Positions 48,430 to 56,791 of a stretch of DNA of 64,000 nt are shown piece by piece. The stretch covers positions 21,725 to 85,724 of the forward strand of contig JACPZE010000020.1 in the NCBI GenBank assembly GCA_016195685.1, read 5' to 3'. Within the stretch, counting starts at the first letter, position 1; each line of letters opens with the position of its first letter. The notes under the pieces are model-generated. The model was not told where the DNA came from, ran no database searches, and saw nothing but the letters and a program-made list of their open reading frames with translations. The position numbers and the translations under genes were made by a program. Source of the stretch: Candidatus Gottesmanbacteria bacterium (GTDB lineage: Bacteria > Patescibacteriota > Microgenomatia > 2-02-FULL-39-11).

Positions 48430-50004
48430 ATGCTAGAAAAACTGAAACGAATATTTACAAAAGAAACATTTATTGTAGCAATAGTCATATTTACTGCTAT
48501 CTTTTTGGCTAAATTTCCGACCTTATACCACTGGTTAAATACGCCAACAGGATATTGGTATCCCAAACAATCTTCTTGGTATGATGCCTGGGACAGCAAT
48601 TTCCAGGTATCGTATATACGTTTTGGACAAAACCATGGAATGATGCTGGAGAATACTTATACTACGATGCCTCATCAAGGGGTGTTTATATACCAGTATT
48701 ACACTTTACTGGGAGTCCTAAACAGATTTCTAAAACTGGATCCGTTCATCCTGTACCATCTGGCAAGTATAGTGACGAGTATAGTACTTATATTCGTTTG
48801 CTATAAATTAGTGCGTACTTTCGTACAGGATAAAATTAGCCGAATCTCAGCTTTCATCATGATAGTTCTGGGAGGAGGAGTGGGATGGATTCTCCCAAGT
48901 TTTCAATCAGCGGATAAAAATCTGGCCGGATTTACGATGGTGAATGCTTTTGAGCGGGGCCATGACGGACTTAGTACTATATTTCTCATTCTGACTTTAC
49001 TTTTCCAATATAAATTTCTGGAAAGCAATAGAAAGAGATTTATATTTTACTCCATTCTGTGCGGCTTTCTCAGTATCACTTTGCATCCGCCGTTGGCTGC
49101 CTTGTATGTTCTTTCGGGGCTACTTTTTACTATATGGGAGTTCCAAAAGAAAAAATCTATAAAGAGCTTGTTTATCCCGGTAGGGGTTGTAATACTATTT
49201 GGAATATATTTTCTGACAGTACTGGAGAAACTACTCGTAAATCCGGCATTTTCTTCTCAAGTGACGCAAAATTTATACAGTGTGGATAGTATAAATTTGC
49301 TATTGGGATTTGGAATCATTTCCTTTTTCACTCTTTATAGTCTTTTAGCAAATTTCCAAGATGATTTAAAAGTATCTGCGCTCCGAATTTTTTTCTTTGT
49401 ACAGATATTCCTTCTCTTGTCTCCACTCGGTACCCATCTTTATTTTGCAAAGGGACTTCATGTCTGGGTGGTGTTATTATCTGTGTTTGCGATAGAAAAA
49501 CTGATTCGTTCAAAAAGATGGAAATTTTTGGTTCTTACAATAGTAGTAGTATTTTCCCTTATAAACAGATTCTATATTTTTAACGACCTGATGCAGGATA
49601 AAACAAACAATCCCTTTGTTTATTTAAGTAGCTCGGAAGGTGAGGCGATCAATTTCATATCTACATTGCCGAAGGATCAGGGTGTAATTAGTCTTTATAA
49701 AATAGGAAATTATATCCCCGCCCATTCTGATCTGAGGGTTTACTATGGTCATAAATATCAAACACCAAATAGCGCTGAAACATTGCGTAAGGCACAGACA
49801 TTCTATACGTCGATGGAGGAAGTAGATCAAAGAAAATTTTTAGCTGACAATCATATAGATTATATTTACTACGGTTGGGAAGAAGCGAATCTTCGGAAAG
49901 ATAGCAAACTTGATCCCGTAAATCCCTTCTCTTATTTTCCTGTATTATTTAGTAACGATGCGGCTATCGTCTACTCAACATCGCAATCTGCCCAGCTCAA
50001 ATAA
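48430..50004 (+). CDS. Polytopic membrane protein, probable GT-C (paralog B)
   Basis: Collinear with paralog A (KFPTLYHWLNTP.GYWYPK, NAFERGHD, GNYIPAH); probable start ATG 48430. Confidence 0.65.
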   Translation: MLEKLKRIFTKETFIVAIVIFTAIFLAKFPTLYHWLNTPTGYWYPKQSSWYDAWDSNFQVSYIRFGQNHGMMLENTYTTMPHQGVFIYQYYTLLGVLNRFLKLDPFILYHLASIVTSIVLIFVCYKLVRTFVQDKISRISAFIMIVLGGGVGWILPSFQSADKNLAGFTMVNAFERGHDGLSTIFLILTLLFQYKFLESNRKRFIFYSILCGFLSITLHPPLAALYVLSGLLFTIWEFQKKKSIKSLFIPVGVVILFGIYFLTVLEKLLVNPAFSSQVTQNLYSVDSINLLLGFGIISFFTLYSLLANFQDDLKVSALRIFFFVQIFLLLSPLGTHLYFAKGLHVWVVLLSVFAIEKLIRSKRWKFLVLTIVVVFSLINRFYIFNDLMQDKTNNPFVYLSSSEGEAINFISTLPKDQGVISLYKIGNYIPAHSDLRVYYGHKYQTPNSAETLRKAQTFYTSMEEVDQRKFLADNHIDYIYYGWEEANLRKDSKLDPVNPFSYFPVLFSNDAAIVYSTSQSAQLK

Positions 50005-50006
50005 AT

Positions 50007-51167
50007 ATGCATTGGTCGAGTTCTCTTAAACAAGCTATCATCACTGCCGCGATTTTTACTTTCTGGATGCATTTCGTGGTTTATATGATAGGCAGTATTC
50101 TTTTGGGATTGGTTAAACCTCTTCCTTATTATCTAAATAATATGAAATTGGTAGAGCTTATTCCGCAAGCAAAAAACACAGGTTGGTATACGATGGTTCA
50201 CCCTTTGCAGAGATTTGATGGGCTTTGGTATAAGGAGATAGCACTACAACATTATTTTAAAAATCCCAGGAGTACCGCATTTTTTCCTCTATATCCCTTT
50301 ACTATAGAACTAATTATGATGGCAACTGGTTTCTCATTCGAACAGGCTGCTTTTGTTTTTAATTCAATTCTTCTTTTTATCTTTTTTATCCTTATATACT
50401 TTCTGGCAGCACAAAAATTCCATCAGGCAAACCCATGGCATTCTGTAGTCATCTATGCCTTTTTCCCTACAAGCTTTTTCTTACTAGCCCCTTATGCTGA
50501 TATTTTAATGCTAGATCTGATACTTTTTTCTCTTTTTGCAGCTTACGGGAAAAAATATTTTTTATCCAGTCTGGTAGCTGTACTGGTTGTAATGACAAAG
50601 CCGTTTGGGATATTTTTCATTATTCCCCTTATATACCTTTTTTATAAATCCGCTAAATCCCCCAAATTAAAGCTTATGCGACTATCTTATCTCCTCCTTT
50701 TACCGTGCGCATTTATGATTGTGGTTTTTTACCAGGATTTGATGTCAGGGACAATTGCATCTACCTTCAAATCCCAAAGTTATTGGGGAATGAAATTCAC
50801 AACTCCTTGGGGGATTGTGAAGGATTTCCTTCACATATTGAAAACATCATATAGTCTACCGACACATTTGAACTTTATTTTAGCAGTCGCTGGGTTATAT
50901 CTTCTTTTTATATCAAAAGGAGTGATCCCAAACGAGCTATGGATATATTCCTTCGTTCTCTATATGGTATTCGTATTTACATCTACAAAGTATGGCTCGA
51001 TTCCCTTTTTTAGTTTTTCAAGATATGCACTTATGCTTTTTCCCTTGTTTATTTATACAGCCAGCATAAAAGTACAAAATATAATCAAGTCTTTCTATAT
51101 AGGTATAAGTTTATTATTATTAGTAATCTTTTTCATATTTTATACTGTAGGATTTTTTGTTGCGTGA
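50007..51167 (+). CDS. PIG-V-like GT-C mannosyltransferase
   Basis: RFDGLWY..IA, AFFPLYP, PTSFFL..PY, SRYAL..FP. Confidence 0.75.
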   Translation: MHWSSSLKQAIITAAIFTFWMHFVVYMIGSILLGLVKPLPYYLNNMKLVELIPQAKNTGWYTMVHPLQRFDGLWYKEIALQHYFKNPRSTAFFPLYPFTIELIMMATGFSFEQAAFVFNSILLFIFFILIYFLAAQKFHQANPWHSVVIYAFFPTSFFLLAPYADILMLDLILFSLFAAYGKKYFLSSLVAVLVVMTKPFGIFFIIPLIYLFYKSAKSPKLKLMRLSYLLLLPCAFMIVVFYQDLMSGTIASTFKSQSYWGMKFTTPWGIVKDFLHILKTSYSLPTHLNFILAVAGLYLLFISKGVIPNELWIYSFVLYMVFVFTSTKYGSIPFFSFSRYALMLFPLFIYTASIKVQNIIKSFYIGISLLLLVIFFIFYTVGFFVA

Positions 51168-51303
51168 TGACAATCTATTCTTTATTTATTATATCAATAA
51201 ATATCAAATAGTATCAAAAGATGGAATTTCGCATCTTGACAAGACGCGCATGATTAGATAATATCACCTAGCTTGCCCAAAGCTGTCCGCTTTGGGATTT
51301 ATT

Positions 51304-51927
51304 ATGGCTACAACAAAAGACGTAAGTAGACTAGATCCAGAAGTAGTTATACCAAAAATCAAAAACTTCAAACAGAAGCTGGGTGATTATATTGCTCAGA
51401 AAAAGAGATTTGTCATTTTACTAGTAATTATAGGGGTAATCCTTCTTTTCTTCGGATATAGACAGGTCCTGAAAAATTCCCGATCAAATTCAACTGCTAA
51501 AACAGTCACGGTCCAGATGGATAAGAGTTTCACTTTTGCTGCTTTGAACAATCAAGGTAAACCTACAAGTGCCAAAATCAAACTCAGGATTGTTGATGCT
51601 CAAAAAACAGACCAGGTTCTCGTGAAGGATCAGACTTACAAAGCCACAAATAACAAATTGTTTCTTATCTTCAATTTGGAATTGAAAAATGATGAAACTA
51701 CCCCACAAAATATAATGCCTGGGGATTTGGTCCGCCTAGCAGTAGCAGGAAATGAAGACACCAGGTTCGCACCGGATCTGCATAACAGTCTGGTAGGGAT
51801 AGCAGCAATATCTACCAAAAATGATCGAGTGGGATTTGTCATTCCACAAGATGCGAATAAATTTAAATTATATATAGGAGAGTTAGAGGGGAAGAAAGAA
51901 GAGATAAAGGTGGATTTTCCCTCTTGA
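51304..51927 (+). CDS. Single-TM protein with Ig-like (DUF4352-like) domain
   Basis: TM followed by FLIFNLELKN...DRVGFVIP; TTGACA promoter at 51236. Confidence 0.55.
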   Translation: MATTKDVSRLDPEVVIPKIKNFKQKLGDYIAQKKRFVILLVIIGVILLFFGYRQVLKNSRSNSTAKTVTVQMDKSFTFAALNNQGKPTSAKIKLRIVDAQKTDQVLVKDQTYKATNNKLFLIFNLELKNDETTPQNIMPGDLVRLAVAGNEDTRFAPDLHNSLVGIAAISTKNDRVGFVIPQDANKFKLYIGELEGKKEEIKVDFPS

Positions 51928-51953
51928 CAAGCTAAGCCAATATTTTTTATATT
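51924..51953 (+). promoter_or_regulatory. sigma70-type promoter
   Basis: TTGACA-18 bp-TATATT. Confidence 0.55.
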
Positions 51954-52065
51954 GCAAGTGTTAAATAGGAAAGTATAAAAAAAGTTAATCTGCTGCCCCA
52001 GAAATAAATTCCTGTCCCCTGTCTATAAATATTTGATCACATCCTGCTCAACAGCTCACTGTAAA

Positions 52066-52242
52066 ATGGTTGATCATTCAAGCATAAAGATTACTAGAGA
52101 TTTGGTAGTAGAAATCAAGCAAGCACTCAAAAACGTAAGAGGTTGGGGTAGTGTGGAGATTTTTGTGCAAGACCATAAAGTGACACAGATAACAGAAAGA
52201 AATATAAAGAAAACAAATTTGAGTATAAAAGATTTAGATTAA
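52066..52242 (+). CDS. DUF2292/YezD-like small protein
   Basis: EIKQALKNVRGWGSVEIFVQDHKVTQITER resembles the YezD pattern (I..AL..I..GSVEI.V.DG.V.QI). Confidence 0.75.
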   Translation: MVDHSSIKITRDLVVEIKQALKNVRGWGSVEIFVQDHKVTQITERNIKKTNLSIKDLD

Positions 52243-52247
52243 TCAGA

Positions 52248-52313
52248 TTACCGACCGCCAACGGAGGTAAGGAATCCTTGATTTATAAGAATCGGGAACC
52301 TTACCTCTTTTTT
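52248..52313 (+). promoter_or_regulatory. Antiterminator-like hairpin overlapping a terminator (copy 2)
   Basis: TTACC-GA-CCG-CCAA-CGG-A-GGTAA mutually exclusive with GAGGTAAGG/CCTTACCTC-TTTTTT. Confidence 0.75.
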
Positions 52314-52442
52314 ATTTATGAATATTGAATTTGTGAAATTTTTGACAATCCCGATCTGATCGGGAAACAAGGCCGAAAACCCATCCTAGGCAGAGGGCAG
52401 TAAGTCTTGCATTCTTTCAAAGAAAGGAGGTGAATATAATTT

Positions 52443-53648
52443 ATGAAAAAAATAGCAACATTAGTAGGAGCTGCAGCATTACTCGCTGCAACCCTAGTAC
52501 CAGCACTAGCTGTAAATAGCTGTGGAAACAGCACCACAGGTCCAGGTTCTAATAACACTTGTACCGTGACTAATACCAGCAACGTGTCGGTAAATAATGT
52601 GAATGATGCTCAGATAATAAATAATGTTAGAACATCATCTAATACAGGGGGAAATAGTGCCTCAAACAATACATTGGGAGGTTCTATCGTTACTGGTAAT
52701 GCTTCACTAAACACTACAGTTTCATCTGTAGCCAACGTGAACACTACCAACGTAACTGCTGGATTTGGAGGAGGTAACAATATGGGAGGCAACTCCGTAA
52801 CTGGACCTTTCTCAACAAATAATGCATTTATCACCAATGGTTATCGTGTAGATGCATACAACAGCAATACCGCCACTGTGAAAAATGATGTAAATACAAC
52901 AGCTGATACCGGTAACAATAGCGCAGACAACAATACTGGTCCAGCAACTATCCGAACAGGAAACGCATGGTTAGGAACTGGAGTTAACAATCATGTTAAC
53001 GACAGCCTGACACAAGTGGCTTTGGGTGGTGCTTCTGGAAATAACACAGCATTTAACAGCACTACTGGACCTTTCTCAGCTAACAACGCAGTAGTTACTA
53101 ACTCAGCTAATGTGACACTCAACAACGTGAATGACCTACAGGTCACCAACTGGGTTAATGTGCTTGCTAGAACTGGAAGAAATAGCGCCTCCAACAACAC
53201 GTTGGGTGGTGATATTACTACCGGAAATGCTACAGGTGGAGTTGTTGTAGGTACCGAAGGAAACATAAATACATCCTCAGTAGCTATGGCTTTAGGTGGC
53301 TTTGCCAATAACGCCAGCAGTAACGTGACAGGTCCTAGCTCTGACAACAATGCATTCATCACCAATGCTCAGAATGTAGTGGTTGACAACTGGAATGACA
53401 AATGTAGATCACACAACGCTGATAGGTTGACAGATCCTTTGTATCGTGACGGTGAAACTGGCAATAAGACGAAAGATTGTGATCCAGCAAACCTAGGTGT
53501 ATTGAATGATGTGTTTGCAAGCTCAGATGCTGGAAACAGTACGGCTAACAACAACACAGGGCCAGGTAGCGTGATGGCTGGATGGGCATCACTAGTCCAA
53601 AACGTTCTAACTCATCTTAATGACAACTTGAACGTTATCGGATTATAA
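52443..53648 (+). CDS. Secreted Asn/Thr-rich repeat protein (4 repeats), candidate major subunit
   Basis: SD AGGAGGTGA; signal peptide ending PALA; four ~85-90 aa TGPxS.N...TG.NSA.NNT...TGNA units; no anchor. Confidence 0.85.
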   Translation: MKKIATLVGAAALLAATLVPALAVNSCGNSTTGPGSNNTCTVTNTSNVSVNNVNDAQIINNVRTSSNTGGNSASNNTLGGSIVTGNASLNTTVSSVANVNTTNVTAGFGGGNNMGGNSVTGPFSTNNAFITNGYRVDAYNSNTATVKNDVNTTADTGNNSADNNTGPATIRTGNAWLGTGVNNHVNDSLTQVALGGASGNNTAFNSTTGPFSANNAVVTNSANVTLNNVNDLQVTNWVNVLARTGRNSASNNTLGGDITTGNATGGVVVGTEGNINTSSVAMALGGFANNASSNVTGPSSDNNAFITNAQNVVVDNWNDKCRSHNADRLTDPLYRDGETGNKTKDCDPANLGVLNDVFASSDAGNSTANNNTGPGSVMAGWASLVQNVLTHLNDNLNVIGL

Positions 53649-53660
53649 AGTTTGCCATCC

Positions 53661-53710
53661 CTTTCTTTTGGTGGGGATCCTTCCTAGGAATTGGGTCCCC
53701 ACCAGGAAAG
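53661..53710 (+). other. Strong intergenic hairpin without U-tract
   Basis: TGGTGGGGATCC...GGGTCCCCACCA. Confidence 0.65.
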
Positions 53711-53771
53711 ACAAAATGTTTCCTGAATTCAATTCAGGATTTAGTCAATTAAGAATAGTTTATTATTATAA

Positions 53772-56192
53772 ATGTATAAATTAAGAAAATTTATAAGTCT
53801 GACGCTTATTTTTACCCTCATGTGGATGAGGGTATTGGTCGTGTTACCGGCTGCTTTTGCAGATGCTCCTGCTGTACCTACGGCTCCGACAGCGCCAAGT
53901 GCACCTACTGCACCTTCAGCTCCGACGGCTCCTTCTGCGCCTACTGCACCAAGTGCACCGACTGCGCCATCTGCCCCATCTGTGTCAAGTAGTCCACAGC
54001 CAACAGCTCCGTCTGCACCCACCGCTCCGGCTTTGCCAACCAGTGGATCTCAAAACACCACAACGTCATTGCCTACCAGTCCGCCGGAGCCTACTGCTCC
54101 TTCTTCAAATACAACTAATTCGTTAAGTGGACCAGATACAAGTAACCAAACTGGAAATTCTACGGCAGGTCCAAATTCGTCTCCTACAGGTGGTTCTGGG
54201 GATCAAAATACAAATATTAATCCTTCCGGTGATAGTAATAGTTCGTCTTCTGGGAATGTAAATGATCCGGCAAATATAAATACAGGACCTGCATCACAAA
54301 ATGCTGCTTATGAAAATCTGAATAAGAAAATGGAAGTGATGAACGAAAATCTTGCCCAATTACAAAACAAGGTTGATGCTGTTTCTGTAAGCGGATTTAA
54401 CTATGCGAACTTTAATACTTTGGATGGAAAAGTTTTTACCGGAGATACAGTTGCTACCACAAATCTCTTAAATAAGCTCAATAGTAATATGACAGGGGTT
54501 GGAGGATTTTCCGTATTTAACGTATATGGTAAATACTTAAACGATATAGTTTTCCAAATGGCCGATGGATCTGCAAACGGATCATTTAGTAATGCTTCCC
54601 CCACAGTTTCCAAAAATGTGACTACCGGTCCTGGGTCATCAAACCTAGCTGATGCTTCAAATAATTTCACCGTAAAAGAAGCCAATGGCAATGATGCGAC
54701 ACTAAATAATGATATAAACCTGAAAGCTGTATCTGGCGGAAACAGTGCTTCATATAATACAGGTAACGGAATCGTAAAGACAGGAAATGCTACGGCTGTC
54801 GGAAACGTAGTGAACATGACAAATACGAATTTAAATGTATCTCAATGGTTATGGGGAGTAGTCAATATTTTTGGAGATATGATTGGAAATATAATTCTTC
54901 CGAAAGATTCCACAAATTCAGGAAGTCCAACGGTTGCTCCTACTGCGTTAGTTGAAAATAAAGGAACAGGTCCATTATCCAATAATACTGCCAACTATAC
55001 ATCTACTGAAAATAATACTTTTGACAATAACAATACAGCTAATATAACAACCGCTGTAAATGCATCGGCAAATAGTGGAAATAATACAGCTGGAGCTAAT
55101 ACAGGAGGAGGATTTGTAGGGACGGGTGATACAAATGTAGCTGTAAGTAATTCAGTAATAGCCAATTCCAATACAGTAAAAGACGACGGTACCGTCTGGA
55201 TGGTGATCGTAAACGAAGCAGGTAAATGGGTAGGGCATATAATAGGGTCCCCGTGGGGTGCGACAACCGCTTCCAATACTTTACCTGTAGGACAAACTAC
55301 CAGTGGTGCCGGATCACAAACTTATACCGTCAATTCGCAGAATACAGGCACTGGTCCTTTGTCTGACAATACGTCTAACTATTCAGAAAACAATACTACA
55401 AATGTGACCAACGATAATACAGCTTCGATAGATAACAAAGTGACTGTATCTTCCGATACAGGCAATAATACCGCTTCAGATAATACAGGAGCTGGAGTAA
55501 TCCTGACAGGCAATGCCACTGCTGGGTTAAATGTAGTAAATATGGCAAATACCAACGTCACAGCAAAGAAATTCATTGCAATACTCGTAAATGTCTTGGG
55601 TTCTTGGTTGGGAGATGTAGTTACGCCAGATACAACCCAATCTACAGGCAATCAAACGAGTCCTGGGATAGGTGGTACTGAAATCATTGTTCTACCCACT
55701 ATTGCTCCATTGCCTACGATTCCTGCAGTTACTGGTAATAATTCTACCGATACTTCTGCAAATCAAACTCAAACTGCCGGTAATACGATCGGTAATACTA
55801 CTAGTACGGCCACATTTACCAATTACGAACCACAGACAGCTGTAAATTATGTTTATGTTTATCCTCAAGCTTATACACAAGCTGTAAATCAGGTGAATAA
55901 TGCCAGAAGAAAAGTATGGTTAACAGGGAAGACGATGAATCCATCTATGCCACAACCTTCTACTATCCAACAGCAAAGTAGAGTTATAACACGCGGACTA
56001 TTTTTGTCTGCAGCTTTTGCGAAAGCCACAGAAAGTAGTTTCCCCGGAGTCTTATTGGGTGGAGCATCGTTAAATGTGACGAGTTCATGGTTATCCATAA
56101 TTCCGTTTGCGTTATTCATATTTATTCTTCGCAGAAGGAAGAAATTTAATTTAGAAAAATATCTGAATATGTTGTTATCTATCGTTTTGTAA
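53772..56192 (+). CDS. Membrane-anchored Asn/Thr-rich repeat protein (4 repeats) with (APTAPS)n N-terminus
   Basis: Signal peptide, APT/APS repeats, four NxxTGPxS units, C-terminal TM plus RRRKK. Confidence 0.85.
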   Translation: MYKLRKFISLTLIFTLMWMRVLVVLPAAFADAPAVPTAPTAPSAPTAPSAPTAPSAPTAPSAPTAPSAPSVSSSPQPTAPSAPTAPALPTSGSQNTTTSLPTSPPEPTAPSSNTTNSLSGPDTSNQTGNSTAGPNSSPTGGSGDQNTNINPSGDSNSSSSGNVNDPANINTGPASQNAAYENLNKKMEVMNENLAQLQNKVDAVSVSGFNYANFNTLDGKVFTGDTVATTNLLNKLNSNMTGVGGFSVFNVYGKYLNDIVFQMADGSANGSFSNASPTVSKNVTTGPGSSNLADASNNFTVKEANGNDATLNNDINLKAVSGGNSASYNTGNGIVKTGNATAVGNVVNMTNTNLNVSQWLWGVVNIFGDMIGNIILPKDSTNSGSPTVAPTALVENKGTGPLSNNTANYTSTENNTFDNNNTANITTAVNASANSGNNTAGANTGGGFVGTGDTNVAVSNSVIANSNTVKDDGTVWMVIVNEAGKWVGHIIGSPWGATTASNTLPVGQTTSGAGSQTYTVNSQNTGTGPLSDNTSNYSENNTTNVTNDNTASIDNKVTVSSDTGNNTASDNTGAGVILTGNATAGLNVVNMANTNVTAKKFIAILVNVLGSWLGDVVTPDTTQSTGNQTSPGIGGTEIIVLPTIAPLPTIPAVTGNNSTDTSANQTQTAGNTIGNTTSTATFTNYEPQTAVNYVYVYPQAYTQAVNQVNNARRKVWLTGKTMNPSMPQPSTIQQQSRVITRGLFLSAAFAKATESSFPGVLLGGASLNVTSSWLSIIPFALFIFILRRRKKFNLEKYLNMLLSIVL

Positions 56193-56196
56193 TTTG

Positions 56197-56253
56197 GGGT
56201 TTATCCTGAGTGAATTAAAGGGTTTACCCTGAGCGAATGAAATGAGCGAAGGG
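56197..56253. repeat. Two tandem REP-like copies abutting the SD of the next gene
   Basis: TTTATCCTGAGTGAATTAAAGGG and TTTACCCTGAGCGAATGAAATGAGCGAAGGG. Confidence 0.55.
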
Positions 56254-56263
56254 AGGTGAATAT

Positions 56264-56791
56264 ATGAACAAAATTATAACAATTGCAGTTTTTATCTTTA
56301 TCTTGCTGATGTTCTTTCAGATTAGTACTGGTAGCTCGGTTAAGGCAGATTGGTGGATACGGCCTACAGCACAACCGACACAGCCCAGTTTTGATAGAAA
56401 TTTGGAACCAACGACTGTTGTTCATCCAACTGTAGCACCTACGAGTGAGCCGGTTCAACCGACGGTAACACCGGGGACCGTACCGACTAATCCTCCTTCG
56501 CAAGGTGGAACTGGATCACCAGACGGTGGCGGATCAAGTAATAATAATCCTTGTGCTGCCGGTCAGTCATATGTTGGACCATACTGTGGATGGTCACCAG
56601 ATGTAAATCATAGTGGTGGAGGAGGTGGAGGTAGTTCTGAATCACCAAGAATAGGAGGGCCGCAAGTATTAGGTCTTTCAAATACTTCCAGTAGTGATGT
56701 GGCCTTTTCTGATATAATGATTCTTGCCGGAGTATTATGTCTGCTAGTGTACACAAGATCAAAGATCACCACAAACAGTCAGTCACATTAA
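56264..56791 (+). CDS. Small Pro/Thr/Gly-rich secreted protein, candidate sortase substrate
   Basis: SD GGAGGTGA; signal peptide; VLGLSNTS plus hydrophobic segment plus basic residues; adjacent to sortase. Confidence 0.7.
   Translation: MNKIITIAVFIFILLMFFQISTGSSVKADWWIRPTAQPTQPSFDRNLEPTTVVHPTVAPTSEPVQPTVTPGTVPTNPPSQGGTGSPDGGGSSNNNPCAAGQSYVGPYCGWSPDVNHSGGGGGGSSESPRIGGPQVLGLSNTSSSDVAFSDIMILAGVLCLLVYTRSKITTNSQSH

Noticed and set aside
52340-52420. Possible c-di-GMP riboswitch (GGAAAC...GCCGAAA)
   Set aside because: Does not fit GEMM-I or c-di-GMP-II consensus as I recall them; partly explained by a REP-like palindrome
53860-54040. Regular short repeats resembling an array or CRISPR
   Set aside because: Degenerate codons of the (APTAPS)n peptide with no constant repeat-spacer structure; no CRISPR array or cas gene seen in the window
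46145-56192. Calling the Asn-rich proteins curlin (CsgA) or ice-nucleation proteins
   Set aside because: Repeat length and consensus differ: no Q-x-G-x-x-N curlin or AGYGST units
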